Assembly: GCA_938044725.1 (NCBI GenBank) | Contig: CALIOW010000091.1 | Span: 1 to 40,785 of the forward strand | Source of the DNA: an uncultured Clostridia bacterium | GTDB lineage: Bacteria > Bacillota > Clostridia > UMGS1840 | DNA: 40,785 nucleotides | Reading direction: 5' to 3' | Notes under the pieces: generated by a model | The model's input: only the letters and a program-made list of their open reading frames with translations | Database searches by the model: none | What the model was told of the DNA's origin: nothing | In this document: in pieces, positions 16,726-27,000 of the stretch | How positions within the stretch are numbered: the stretch's first letter is position 1 | Layout: each line of letters opens with the position of its first letter | Program-made: the position numbers and the translations under genes

Positions 16726-17661
16726 ATGAATGTTTTTAAGAAAAATGCGAAAAATCGAATATCGGGTAACATTAAGGATAACTGGCAGCTTTTTATACTC
16801 CAGCTTCCCGCGCTCGTTTTATTTTTTGTTTTTTGCTACATACCTATGTACGGTGTAATTATCGCCTTTAAGGAATTTAATTCCAATAAAGGTATCTGGG
16901 CAAGCCCGTGGGTCGGACTGAGGAATTTTAAATTCTTCTTCGCTTCACAGGACGCCGCAAGGCTTATAAGAAATACGGTTTTGTATAACCTCTGGTTTTT
17001 GCTTATCGGAACTTTTTTTGCGGTTTTGGTAGCGCTTATGCTCTACAACTTAAGAAGACGCTATTTGGTAAAAACTTATAATACAATAATGATTTTACCG
17101 AAATTTATGTCGATAGTCCTCATTTCATTTATAGTATACGCTCTTTTGAATCCGAGCAGCGGTATCGTAAACAATATGCTTATTTCTATGGGTAAAGAAC
17201 CTATCGACTGGTATTCAAAGCCCGAAGCATGGCCCGGAATACTTACTATTGTTCATCTGTGGCAGAATACGGGCTGGAGCTCTATTATATATTATGCGGC
17301 TCTTATGGGAATAAACCCCGAGCTTTTCGAGGCGGCGGAAATAGACGGAGCTTCCAAATATCTCCAAACGGTAAAAATCGCCGTTCCCGAAATAATGTCT
17401 TTGATAACCATTCAGGTGATTCTTGCATTGGGAAGCACATTTCAGGGAGATTTCGGACTTTTCTATCAGGTTCCCCGTAATGTTGCAACGCTGTACCCAA
17501 CAACGGATATTATTAATACATATACCTTCCGTGCACTTATGTCGGCTTCGATGTCAAAGTCGGCGGCTGTCGGTCTTATGCAGTCTGTTGTCGGAATAGT
17601 ACTGATTGTTTCCGTCAACCTGATTGTTAAGAAATTGAGCCCCGAAAACAGCTTATTCTAA
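16726..17661 (+). CDS. Carbohydrate ABC transporter permease (LplB / MalF-like)
   Basis: AAGGAGAG RBS. Six predicted TM segments. EAA loop FEAAEIDGASKYLQTVKIAVPEI. Confidence 0.85.
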   Translation: MNVFKKNAKNRISGNIKDNWQLFILQLPALVLFFVFCYIPMYGVIIAFKEFNSNKGIWASPWVGLRNFKFFFASQDAARLIRNTVLYNLWFLLIGTFFAVLVALMLYNLRRRYLVKTYNTIMILPKFMSIVLISFIVYALLNPSSGIVNNMLISMGKEPIDWYSKPEAWPGILTIVHLWQNTGWSSIIYYAALMGINPELFEAAEIDGASKYLQTVKIAVPEIMSLITIQVILALGSTFQGDFGLFYQVPRNVATLYPTTDIINTYTFRALMSASMSKSAAVGLMQSVVGIVLIVSVNLIVKKLSPENSLF

Positions 17662-17683
17662 AATAGAGAAAGAAGGTATAGAT

Positions 17684-18568
17684 ATGAAAAAGAAAAAGAA
17701 AATTTCGGCAGGACAGATTGTATTAAATGTAATATTCATTATTGTCAGTCTTTCCTTTATAATACCGCTCATACTTATGATTTCAATTTCGATTTCTTCG
17801 GAAGACGCTATAACGCAGTATGGCTATACGATACTTCCGAAGTCAATCGGATGGGACGGCTACAAAGCCGTGTTCAAAAATCCGAAACAGCTTCTTGACG
17901 CTTATAAAGTAACGATAATCTTTTCCGTTGTTGCGACATTTCTCTCCGTGCTTGTAAAAGCGCTTGCGGCATATCCGCTTTCGCGCCCCATATATAAGCT
18001 CAAAAAAGCAACAACAATGATGATGTTCTTTACAATGCTGTTTTCGGGCGGCTTGGTACCGTCATACATACTCAATACAAAATATCTTCATCTTGATAAT
18101 ACGATTTGGATTTATATTTTGCCCGCTCTCGTTTCCGCATGGGATATCTTTATAATGAGAACGTTCTTTCAGGGGCTTCCCAACGGACTTGTCGAAGCGG
18201 CAAAGATTGACGGAGCGAGCGAATACAGAGTATTCTTTACGATTGTGCTTCCGCTTTCAACTCCCGTTTTGGCTTCCTTGGGCTTTATGTATCTGATAGG
18301 CAAATGGAACGACTGGAACACAGCTCTTATATATATAAGAGATACGGAGCTTTACAGCCTGCAGTATCTGCTCCAAAGAATTTTAAGAGAAGCGGAATTT
18401 ATCAACACAATGGCAAAGACGGGCGAAAGCGCGGTAGACTTCGTACCGCCGACGGAAACAATGCGTTATGCAATGGCGGTTTTGGCGGCAGGTCCTATGA
18501 TGTTCGTATTCCCGTTTTTCCAAAAATATTTTGCACAGGGTCTTACAATAGGCTCGGTTAAAGGGTAA
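17684..18568 (+). CDS. Carbohydrate ABC transporter permease (LplC / MalG-like)
   Basis: Multi-TM protein with EAA loop VEAAKIDGASEYRVFFTIVLPLS. It follows the first permease after 22 nt. Confidence 0.85.
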   Translation: MKKKKKISAGQIVLNVIFIIVSLSFIIPLILMISISISSEDAITQYGYTILPKSIGWDGYKAVFKNPKQLLDAYKVTIIFSVVATFLSVLVKALAAYPLSRPIYKLKKATTMMMFFTMLFSGGLVPSYILNTKYLHLDNTIWIYILPALVSAWDIFIMRTFFQGLPNGLVEAAKIDGASEYRVFFTIVLPLSTPVLASLGFMYLIGKWNDWNTALIYIRDTELYSLQYLLQRILREAEFINTMAKTGESAVDFVPPTETMRYAMAVLAAGPMMFVFPFFQKYFAQGLTIGSVKG

Positions 18569-18603
18569 AAAAATAATTTATATAAAAGAAAGGAAACAAA
18601 CTT

Positions 18604-20109
18604 ATGACAAACAAAAAACAAATTTTATGCGGTATTCTTGCTTGTACAACTGCTCTTTCCATGGCAGGCTGCGGCGAGAAAAAGCAGACAGACTCGGGCA
18701 ACGGAGACATCACAATAAAATGGGTTGTTCCCGGTCCCGGCAAACAGACGGATTCGGCGGAGGTATGGCAGAAAGCAAACGAGCTTTTGAAAACCTACGA
18801 AGGCATGGAAAACGTAAGCATTGATTTGGACGTTATCCCTGCTTCCGATTATAAGCAGAAAGTTATGCTTATGCAGACAAGCGGAAATGACGTTGATATT
18901 TTTGGAACGTATACGCTTGACTTCAACGAAGAGGTTAAAAACGGCACATTCTTGGATATTACGGATATGATGAAAACATATGCTCCCGACGTGCTTAACG
19001 AAATGCCCGAATGGGCGCTCCAGCTTATGCAGGTTGACGGTAAACAGTATTGCATAACAAACTATCAGCAGATGTCCGAGCCTATGTGGGGTTACACCTT
19101 CGACAAGGACGATGCGGACGAATTTCTTGATGCGGAAGCTTTGAAAAAAGAAGCTCTTTCAAGCGATATTCTCACAAAAGGCACACTCGATATTTTCGAA
19201 AAATACATGGCAGACTTAAAATCGGCAGGCAAGTTACACTTGGGTATGCGCCCCGGTTCAACATGGGCAATGAAAGGCTATGTACCGATAGTTTCCAACT
19301 ATCTTTACAGAGCGGAAGCGGATAAAATCGTTGTTGAAGAACGCTTGGAACTCGATTCCCTCAAAATGCTTACGGAAGTATTTCACGATTGGTTTAAGAA
19401 AGGCTACATAAGAAAAGACGTTCTTTCCGCAGAGGTTTCAAAAGGCGATTATGATATATGGCACAGCCAGTATCACAAATATGCCGAAGAATCGCTTTCT
19501 AAAACAGAGGATGAACCTGTAACGCTCGTACAGTCGGAAAATCATTTCTATATCCCGACATCGGCTAACGCAGGCGGAAACGGAATAACGGCAACCTCGA
19601 AGAATCCCGAAAAAGCGCTCTCATTCTTAAATCTTATGTGCTCGTCCAAGGGTAAGGATTTATACAGAATGCTCGTTTACGGAATAGAAGACAAAAACTA
19701 TAAGAAGCTTTCCGAAGACAGAATCGAACCTATCGGCTACACAGGCTCACAGGGTACGGCAGACGCTCCTTACGGACTTTGGAAATGGACAATGGGCAAC
19801 ACGGCAAACTCCTTTGAATCCACCTCCGACCCAGAAGGCTGGAATGATTATGTATTTAATGATTGGAACAAAAACGCAGTTCCTTCGCCTATCGCAGGTA
19901 TCTATATAGACACAGCGCCTATCGAAACAGAGCTTTCACAGTGCGATTCCGTGTGTCAGGAATTTATCGACCAGCTCACAAGCGGAGCTATGACCGATTG
20001 GAAAGCAACCTACGAGGAGGCTATGAGAAAGCTTGAAATCGCAGGCAATAAGAAGGTTAAAGAATACATTCAGAAATGTGTTGACGATTTCTTGGCGACA
20101 AAAAAATAA
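18604..20109 (+). CDS. Extracellular solute-binding lipoprotein (LplA-like, about 500 aa class)
   Basis: Lipoprotein signal MTNKKQILCGILACTTALSMAGC with a lipobox Cys. The size and position after the two permeases are typical of LplA-type sugar binders. No ATPase gene is in the window. Confidence 0.8.
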   Translation: MTNKKQILCGILACTTALSMAGCGEKKQTDSGNGDITIKWVVPGPGKQTDSAEVWQKANELLKTYEGMENVSIDLDVIPASDYKQKVMLMQTSGNDVDIFGTYTLDFNEEVKNGTFLDITDMMKTYAPDVLNEMPEWALQLMQVDGKQYCITNYQQMSEPMWGYTFDKDDADEFLDAEALKKEALSSDILTKGTLDIFEKYMADLKSAGKLHLGMRPGSTWAMKGYVPIVSNYLYRAEADKIVVEERLELDSLKMLTEVFHDWFKKGYIRKDVLSAEVSKGDYDIWHSQYHKYAEESLSKTEDEPVTLVQSENHFYIPTSANAGGNGITATSKNPEKALSFLNLMCSSKGKDLYRMLVYGIEDKNYKKLSEDRIEPIGYTGSQGTADAPYGLWKWTMGNTANSFESTSDPEGWNDYVFNDWNKNAVPSPIAGIYIDTAPIETELSQCDSVCQEFIDQLTSGAMTDWKATYEEAMRKLEIAGNKKVKEYIQKCVDDFLATKK

Positions 20110-20134
20110 ATTAATATAAAAAGGAGATTTTAAA

Positions 20135-23100
20135 ATGAAAAAAAGAATTTTTTCAATCCTTGTTTCCCTTTTGATGATTACATCTCTGGTCGGCATAGCA
20201 AATGCGGAAACACAAGCGGCAGACGGTCAAATTCATCATATCGATTTGACAAATTACTTTAACAGCGATTCAATCGCCTCGGAGGGTGATACACTCGGTG
20301 CGTCATGGAACGGCGGCAATGCAAGTAAGTACGGCTTTCCCGCATCGTTATTCACAGCGGCGGACGGCTATGTAACTTTCGGTGGAAGAAATGCTGTAAA
20401 AACAGATCCGAACGGTAAGATTGAAACAAGCAATATGACCGTTTCAGACAATCAGGCGGATAATTTCAAATTCTATATTCCGCAGGCAGGACTTGCGGGC
20501 GGAGTTAACGACAGCGTTTATCAGGCGGCAAATGAAGAAAAAACTTATACATTAAATGACGCAAGCAAAATAAACAAAATCAAATTTGCGCTTCATATGT
20601 TTAGCGACGCAAATATAACGGCAACAGTTAATTATTCCGACGGAACATCTGATTCATATGCACAGTGGTTTCAGGGTTCTGCAAGAAATGCGGATTCAAA
20701 CAAAGTTGTTTGGAGTATATATAACAATTTAAGATGCTTCGGCTGGAAATGGACAACAAGCAGTATAAAACCTAATGCAGATGGAACTGCTGAAAAAGCG
20801 ACGGACGGCGGAACAGATTACTATTGGGGAATAAGAGGTTACGAGATTCCCGTTGACGTATCAAAAGCTCCTGTTTCTTTTACTCTTAAAGCAACTAATC
20901 CTATTTCGCTTTTCGCACTTGCGGAATGCGAAATCACAAATGCAGAGCTTACGGCACAGCTTGCTTTGGTAAGAGCATACGAGGGCGGAGCGTATACTGC
21001 GGAGCAAATCAAAAATATTGTGCTCGCAAATTCTTATGCCGATATTCTTGTACAAAGAGGAACGATTACGGAGGAAAACGTTTCCGATATAAGAGCCTTG
21101 CTTGAAAGAGCAAATAAACAAAAAGCTCTTGCAGAAATTCATTATATTAATATTACTGATACATTTGATTCAAGTACAATCGGTTCCTTTGGCGAAACGC
21201 CTAACGCTGATACATGGTTCCGAGGCATGACGGATAAATTAAGCGATAATTCATTTAACGGTATGCAAGCAGGCGCTTTCGGTAATTCCGATTTTGTAAG
21301 TTTTGAGGAATGGGCAAACCGTGCAAAAACGGGAAATACAATTCTTGCATATATGCCTATGTCAACAAGAACGGCAACAGCGCTTGATTCGCACTATATC
21401 CCTGTTTCAAACGGTGAATTTACGGTTCCGCTTGATTCGGTTAATACGCAGGCTGTAAACTTCGTTTTAAACACGGGCGACGCACAGACATTTAAGGCGG
21501 AGGTTAAATATTCCGACAACACAACCGACAATTACTCTTTCGGCATACAGTCCTACGGCACAGTTTCAAGTCAAGCAACGACAGGCTATGATAACCTTGT
21601 AGGTTTAAAAGGCTTGTGGTGGAGATTTGCTAAAATTGATAAAGACGGTAAATTAGCAGATACGGATACAACTAACCGTTCGGTTGGTATAACAATGTTC
21701 GGTGTTAAAACCGACAAAACCAAAACACCTGTAAGCATAACGTTTACAAATACACACGGCTCAATGCCCGTATTTATGTATGCTGTTACACAGGTTCCCG
21801 TATATTCCACTGAAATGCTTGAAAATATAGAAACTGCAAAAGGATTGAACGCAAAAGAAGGTTTGCTTACAGCAGACGAAATCACAGCGGTAACGGAAGC
21901 AAAGGCTTATGCGGACGTTCTACTTTCGGCAGGTATAGGTTCTGAAGCTGACTACGCATTTTTGACAGCCTTGCTTGAAAAGGCAAACAAACAAAAGGCG
22001 CTCTCCGAAGTATCACATTTTGATATTTCAAAAGACTATAATGCCGACACAATCGGTGGTGTGGGCGAAACGGCAGGAGACACATGGTTTGACGGCTTTA
22101 CGGGCTTTAACGGAAACTTTAACGGCTTTAATAAAACTGCGTTTGGAACAAAAGAATACTTTGATGCAACAGTATATGAATTGAATTCTGATGGAAATAA
22201 ACAGCAGACAGGCACAATTTCCGTTTATATTCCTAACGTAGGAAGAAGCGCGGGCGAAGTTGATTCCGCAGCTTTGTGGAAAGATAAAACTCTTACGGTT
22301 GACCTTAACGACGTTCCGACCCAAACAATTCGTTATTTGGCTAATAACACGGAAACTACCGTGAAAGCGACTGTCTATTATAAAGACGGAACAACAGAGG
22401 AAAAATTAATAGGCGGTACAAATTTTGCTTCAACGTATTACAGCACAAAGTTTGTTGACGGCGCATATCTCTGGTTAGGCGGATTTGTTCATAAAGAAAA
22501 TAACGGCGTTCTTACTGCAAAAAGCGGTACTGTGGGTATAATGGTCTACAATGTTGCGGTAGATGCAGCAAAAATTGCAGATAAAGTTGTGTTCTCTGTT
22601 GCAAGTGATACAAAGCCCGTATATTTCTACAGCGTTTCGCAGGTTCCCGTATCATACGAAACTATGAAAGCGGCTTTAGACGCAGGACTTAGCGGCGTAT
22701 ACACGGACGAAGACGAAGCGACAGCTAACAAGCTTGCAAACTATAAAGCGGTTTTGACAGATGCCGGCGCAATAGCAAGCACAGCGTATCCTATGGTAGA
22801 AAATTACATTAAGCAGGCAAATTCACAGAAAAACACATATGTTGACCTCACAAGTTACCTCAATGACGATATAATGGTTAAGTTAGGCGATTCCTATGCG
22901 GGAATTACACTCGGAAGAACGACAGAGCTTTTTGACGGCGAGAAAATACCGACAGACGGAATGATTACGATGTTACCTCCGTCAGACCCGACACAGATGA
23001 GCGATGAAACAGGCAGAACTTATAAATTAAGCGGAGCATATAACGGCAAGGGCAACGATTCCGTTCTTATCAAAAAAGAAGATAACAGCGGCGTAACAAT

Positions 23101-23971
23101 CGCTGTACCACAGGCTAACGGTAAGGTTAAAGGTATGGGCGTTATTTTGGAAACAAACGGCGGCAATGACGGTACGGCTGTTTTGGTTGACGCAACGGTT
23201 AATTATTCCGACAATACTTCGGAGGATATAAAGGTATATCTCCAGAGATCGCATGGCTTTAACACGGCTAAAATGGCAGCACATTCAAAAGATTTCGGCA
23301 GACTTGTTATAAATTCCGACAATACGGTTGCAAATCACGAGAAATGGCCGAATGTAGATAGGGTAAGCTTCTATTCTTCAAATATCGAATTTAATTTGGA
23401 TAAAACCGTTTCTTCGATAACCTTTAAGCCTTGCACTTCTGACGATTATCACATCGTTGCAATGACGGAATACGTTTATACAAATACAGAACTTTGGGAT
23501 TTTGTTAATGCTATGTCGGCAAATGACATAAGCGGAATTACAAAGGAAAATGCAGATGAAACAATCAAGGGCTGTGAAGCCGTTATCGAGCTTTATAACC
23601 GCGGATTTACTGCTGATATCCAAGAAGAAGACTGCAGCAGCTACACGCAGATGTTAAACTATGCAAAAGCTCTTAAGGCAGATGAAGCTTCTGTTGATAT
23701 CAATGTTACAATCGCAGAAGACGGCAATAATATGAAAGCAACGGCAGCAATGTCAAACACAACGGCAAATGCACAGGATTACGTTATAGTAATTGCGGCA
23801 TATAAAGCTAATAAGCTTGTCGGTCTTAATATTTCCGCACAGGGAACATTGCAATCAGGCGACATAAACAAAACAGACAGCGTATCGCTTGAAAAAATAG
23901 AGGGTGCGCAGTACAAAGCTTTCGTTTGGGAAAGCATGTCAAGCTTAAAGCCTATCTATAAGGCAAACTAA
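20135..23971 (+). CDS. Secreted 1278-aa protein built from four copies of an unassigned module plus a C-terminal beta-sandwich-like domain
   Basis: AGGAG RBS. Sec signal MKKRIFSILVSLLMITSLVGIANA. Four collinear modules start near 20225, 21137, 22007 and 22834. No catalytic motif was recognised. Confidence 0.85.
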   Translation: MKKRIFSILVSLLMITSLVGIANAETQAADGQIHHIDLTNYFNSDSIASEGDTLGASWNGGNASKYGFPASLFTAADGYVTFGGRNAVKTDPNGKIETSNMTVSDNQADNFKFYIPQAGLAGGVNDSVYQAANEEKTYTLNDASKINKIKFALHMFSDANITATVNYSDGTSDSYAQWFQGSARNADSNKVVWSIYNNLRCFGWKWTTSSIKPNADGTAEKATDGGTDYYWGIRGYEIPVDVSKAPVSFTLKATNPISLFALAECEITNAELTAQLALVRAYEGGAYTAEQIKNIVLANSYADILVQRGTITEENVSDIRALLERANKQKALAEIHYINITDTFDSSTIGSFGETPNADTWFRGMTDKLSDNSFNGMQAGAFGNSDFVSFEEWANRAKTGNTILAYMPMSTRTATALDSHYIPVSNGEFTVPLDSVNTQAVNFVLNTGDAQTFKAEVKYSDNTTDNYSFGIQSYGTVSSQATTGYDNLVGLKGLWWRFAKIDKDGKLADTDTTNRSVGITMFGVKTDKTKTPVSITFTNTHGSMPVFMYAVTQVPVYSTEMLENIETAKGLNAKEGLLTADEITAVTEAKAYADVLLSAGIGSEADYAFLTALLEKANKQKALSEVSHFDISKDYNADTIGGVGETAGDTWFDGFTGFNGNFNGFNKTAFGTKEYFDATVYELNSDGNKQQTGTISVYIPNVGRSAGEVDSAALWKDKTLTVDLNDVPTQTIRYLANNTETTVKATVYYKDGTTEEKLIGGTNFASTYYSTKFVDGAYLWLGGFVHKENNGVLTAKSGTVGIMVYNVAVDAAKIADKVVFSVASDTKPVYFYSVSQVPVSYETMKAALDAGLSGVYTDEDEATANKLANYKAVLTDAGAIASTAYPMVENYIKQANSQKNTYVDLTSYLNDDIMVKLGDSYAGITLGRTTELFDGEKIPTDGMITMLPPSDPTQMSDETGRTYKLSGAYNGKGNDSVLIKKEDNSGVTIAVPQANGKVKGMGVILETNGGNDGTAVLVDATVNYSDNTSEDIKVYLQRSHGFNTAKMAAHSKDFGRLVINSDNTVANHEKWPNVDRVSFYSSNIEFNLDKTVSSITFKPCTSDDYHIVAMTEYVYTNTELWDFVNAMSANDISGITKENADETIKGCEAVIELYNRGFTADIQEEDCSSYTQMLNYAKALKADEASVDINVTIAEDGNNMKATAAMSNTTANAQDYVIVIAAYKANKLVGLNISAQGTLQSGDINKTDSVSLEKIEGAQYKAFVWESMSSLKPIYKAN

Positions 23972-23981
23972 TAAAAATTTT

Positions 23982-24013
23982 CATACGGCGGAGGGTTTTC
24001 CTCCGCCCGTATG
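23982..24013 (+). terminator. GC-rich hairpin between the two module proteins (weak terminator or mRNA-stability element)
   Basis: CATACGGCGGAGG-GTTTT-CCTCCGCCCGTATG, about 13 bp with one bulge. No U-tract follows (ACCCGAATTTG), so termination is probably partial at most. Confidence 0.35.
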
Positions 24014-24084
24014 ACCCGAATTTGAAAACAAAGGATTTTATCCTATTATATAGATAATCATAATAATATTACGGAGGAAAAACC

Positions 24085-27000
24085 ATGAAAAAAACACTAT
24101 CCTTACTGCTTGCATTTATGCTTATTGCGATACTTCCCGTAAGCGCACAGAGTGTATCATTAAGCGACAGACTTAATTACAACGCAATTTTTGATACTGA
24201 TGTTGTGCCGAGAGCAACGGAGTTTCCGGCGGTTATTTATTCCGCAAGCGCATTTTCCGATACTCTTACGCTCGGAAATCTCGATTATTCCGTTACGGAG
24301 GGACATTCCGGAAAAGAAAACGACAGTATAAAATTAACCGATACGTATAATTTTGCTTTGGAAGAAGCGCCGTACAAAAAAATCGGATTTATTGCGTATG
24401 CGCTTAATTCCGATACGCTTACAAACGTAAAGATAGTTTATAAAAGCGGAGATACGGAAACCTTCCCGATTACCGTAAAGACAGCTTCCAAACAAGCGGA
24501 TCTATCCGTTTCGGCAGGTATGGGGCTTAAAAAAGGCGGTACGGGTATGCGCCCCAAGGCAGAGGTAGGCGAAACGGAGCTTTTCATAAATGCGTATGAA
24601 ATGTCGCCGTCCAAAACAACAAGCATTTCGGCTGTTGAATTTCCCGCTTCCGACTGTGTTTTATTCGCGGTATCGGCTCTTAAGTATACGCAGGAGGAGC
24701 TTGACAATCTTTCAGACCGTGTTATAGAAGAAACCTTAGCGCAGTATAAAGACAAAACCTTAACGGATATAACGGACGCAGATACGGATTCTTTGGAATC
24801 TCTCTATAATGCGCTTCTCACCGCACAGGAAAACGGCAGCGCGATTGCAACCGATGAAGTTATAGAAAAAATCAAAAACTTAAAAGACGGCTATCCGCTT
24901 TATTCAAAGAAAAAAGAAATATGCACATATTTTAACGATACATATGCGGTGCGTGATTACAGAACGCTTGCTGTTTCCGATCTTTCAGACAGCGATATAA
25001 CGGTTATAGATACGCTTATTTCAAAATATACCGAAGCGCAAAGCTTTGATAATGAACGCTATGCGGAAATACTTTCATATTTTAATATGACGGACGATTA
25101 TACATGGAATTTATCCGATAAAGAAACGCTTACAAACTTAAAAACAGCGTATGAGCGCAAAAAATATGAGGAAGAATTAACCTCAAAAATCAATTCGGCT
25201 TATGCGCCTTATAAGGATAAAACCGTTTCCGACCTTGCTGAGTCCGATATTGCAAAATTGCAGGAGCTTGTTGCGCTTTATGAAGAGGCAAAGCGTGAGA
25301 ATGTGCCTTACAATGCGGACGACAGAGCGAAGATAGAAAAACTTCTCAATACATATTCGGCATATTTGAATTCCGAAAATGACGAATGTTACGACCTTAA
25401 AAATTACTATACGGGCAGTATTGTAGGTAATGCGGGCGATACCTCAAAAGCATGGGGCTTTCCCGACGGCTCGGGCTATGTCGGCTATTCGTCGGAAACA
25501 TTTGAAAGCTTTTTGACAGATGGATATTTTTTGGCAAAAAATCAGTTTAACATTATGAAAGAAATTGAGTCCGTACCGAAATTGACAGAGCAAAATCTTG
25601 CAAAAGCCATTAAATTTAAAATGAGCGATGAAAGAACAGCTTCGGGCAAAAACGCAATACTTTTCGGTTCAAAGGAAGATAAAGAACACGGACTTATTAC
25701 GAGCGTGAATATCTCCGCGCCGAAGCGTGTTTCGTCGCAGATTATGTTTTTATATCCTGCAGCAAGGTCTAATTACAGCTCGGATATTGTTATTAATTTT
25801 ACCGACGGCACAACCATGACGCAGAAATACGGCATTGGCTGGTGTAATTGGGGGTCGCATACGGGTATGTATCAAAGCACGAAATATAGCAGAAATAATG
25901 ATGTTATATCTGAAGCTGCAACGGATAACCCGTCGCTTTTGTGCCGAGGTCTTGTTCTCGATATTCCCAAGGGCAAGATTATAGAAAGCATAGACGTTGC
26001 GCAGACGCAAGGAGCGCTTTTGGCAATAACTGAGGTTCCGCTTTTAAATGCTGATTTTACCGAGCTTGTAAAAGAACAGTGGGCAAAGGTTGAAGCAATT
26101 GATACGGCAAATGTAACGAATGACCAACTTGCCGATGTAAAAACCATGGTTCTATATATGGCGGAATGTGAAAAAAGAGGTCTTGATATAGCTGATTTCG
26201 TATCGGATACCGCTAAAATGAACGAATTTAAGCAAATGATTCTTACGGTATCGCACACCGTTTACAGACAATCAAAGAATGAAGTCCGTGCCGACTTTGA
26301 ATTTTCCGTTCCCGTAAATGCAAGCGATATAAATAAAAACATAACGGTTTTGAAAAACGGTATGGAAACAGCGGATTATTCCGTATCGCTTTCAAACGGC
26401 GGAAAATCACTTTCGCTTATATTAGCAGAAAGCAAAAACGGCGGAAATGAATATAAAATAACCTTATCCGGCAATCTTTCGCTGGAGCTTTTCCCGAAAA
26501 TCAAACTCGGAAGTGATTACACGGTTTCATATGACGTTCCCGATTATCTTACATATTCGTATAACGGCGCGGAATTTACAATAAAAAACAATTCAAAAGA
26601 AGAAGCGAGCGGCTTTGTCGGTGTTTCCTGCTTAAGCGCGGACAATAAAACAATGTATTATTCCGCATTGAAGGAATATACGGTTTCGGCAGGAGTTGAA
26701 GTGAAAATTTCCTGCGATACCTCGAATTATTCACAGCTTGCGCCAAATACAAAAACTGTTTTGTGGGACGAAAACATGAAAACGGTTTCAAACGGAAGCG
26801 AAATATCGGCTTGCACCGATGAGCCTGTTTTGACCGCAAATTACAGCGAGCCTGCGTTTTCCATGAAGGACAACAGCATAAAATTAAACGGTATAACTCC
26901 GTCGGCAAGTGAAAATAAAGCTGTAAGCCTTAAAATTACGGACGAAAGCGGAAATGTAATTTTCACAGGAAGTCAGCTTACGGCAAAATCGGGATATTTC

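Noticed and set aside
17229-18561. Alternative-frame + strand ORFs within the permease genes (17229..17480, 18304..18561)
   Set aside because: They are Arg/Gly-rich out-of-frame translations of membrane-protein genes. The annotated frames show TM segments and EAA loops.
23982-24013. Hairpin between CDS 20135 and CDS 24085 as a strong operon boundary
   Set aside because: The stem is GC-rich but is not followed by a U-tract, and I could not find a convincing promoter in 24014..24084. It is kept only as a weak terminator or stability element.
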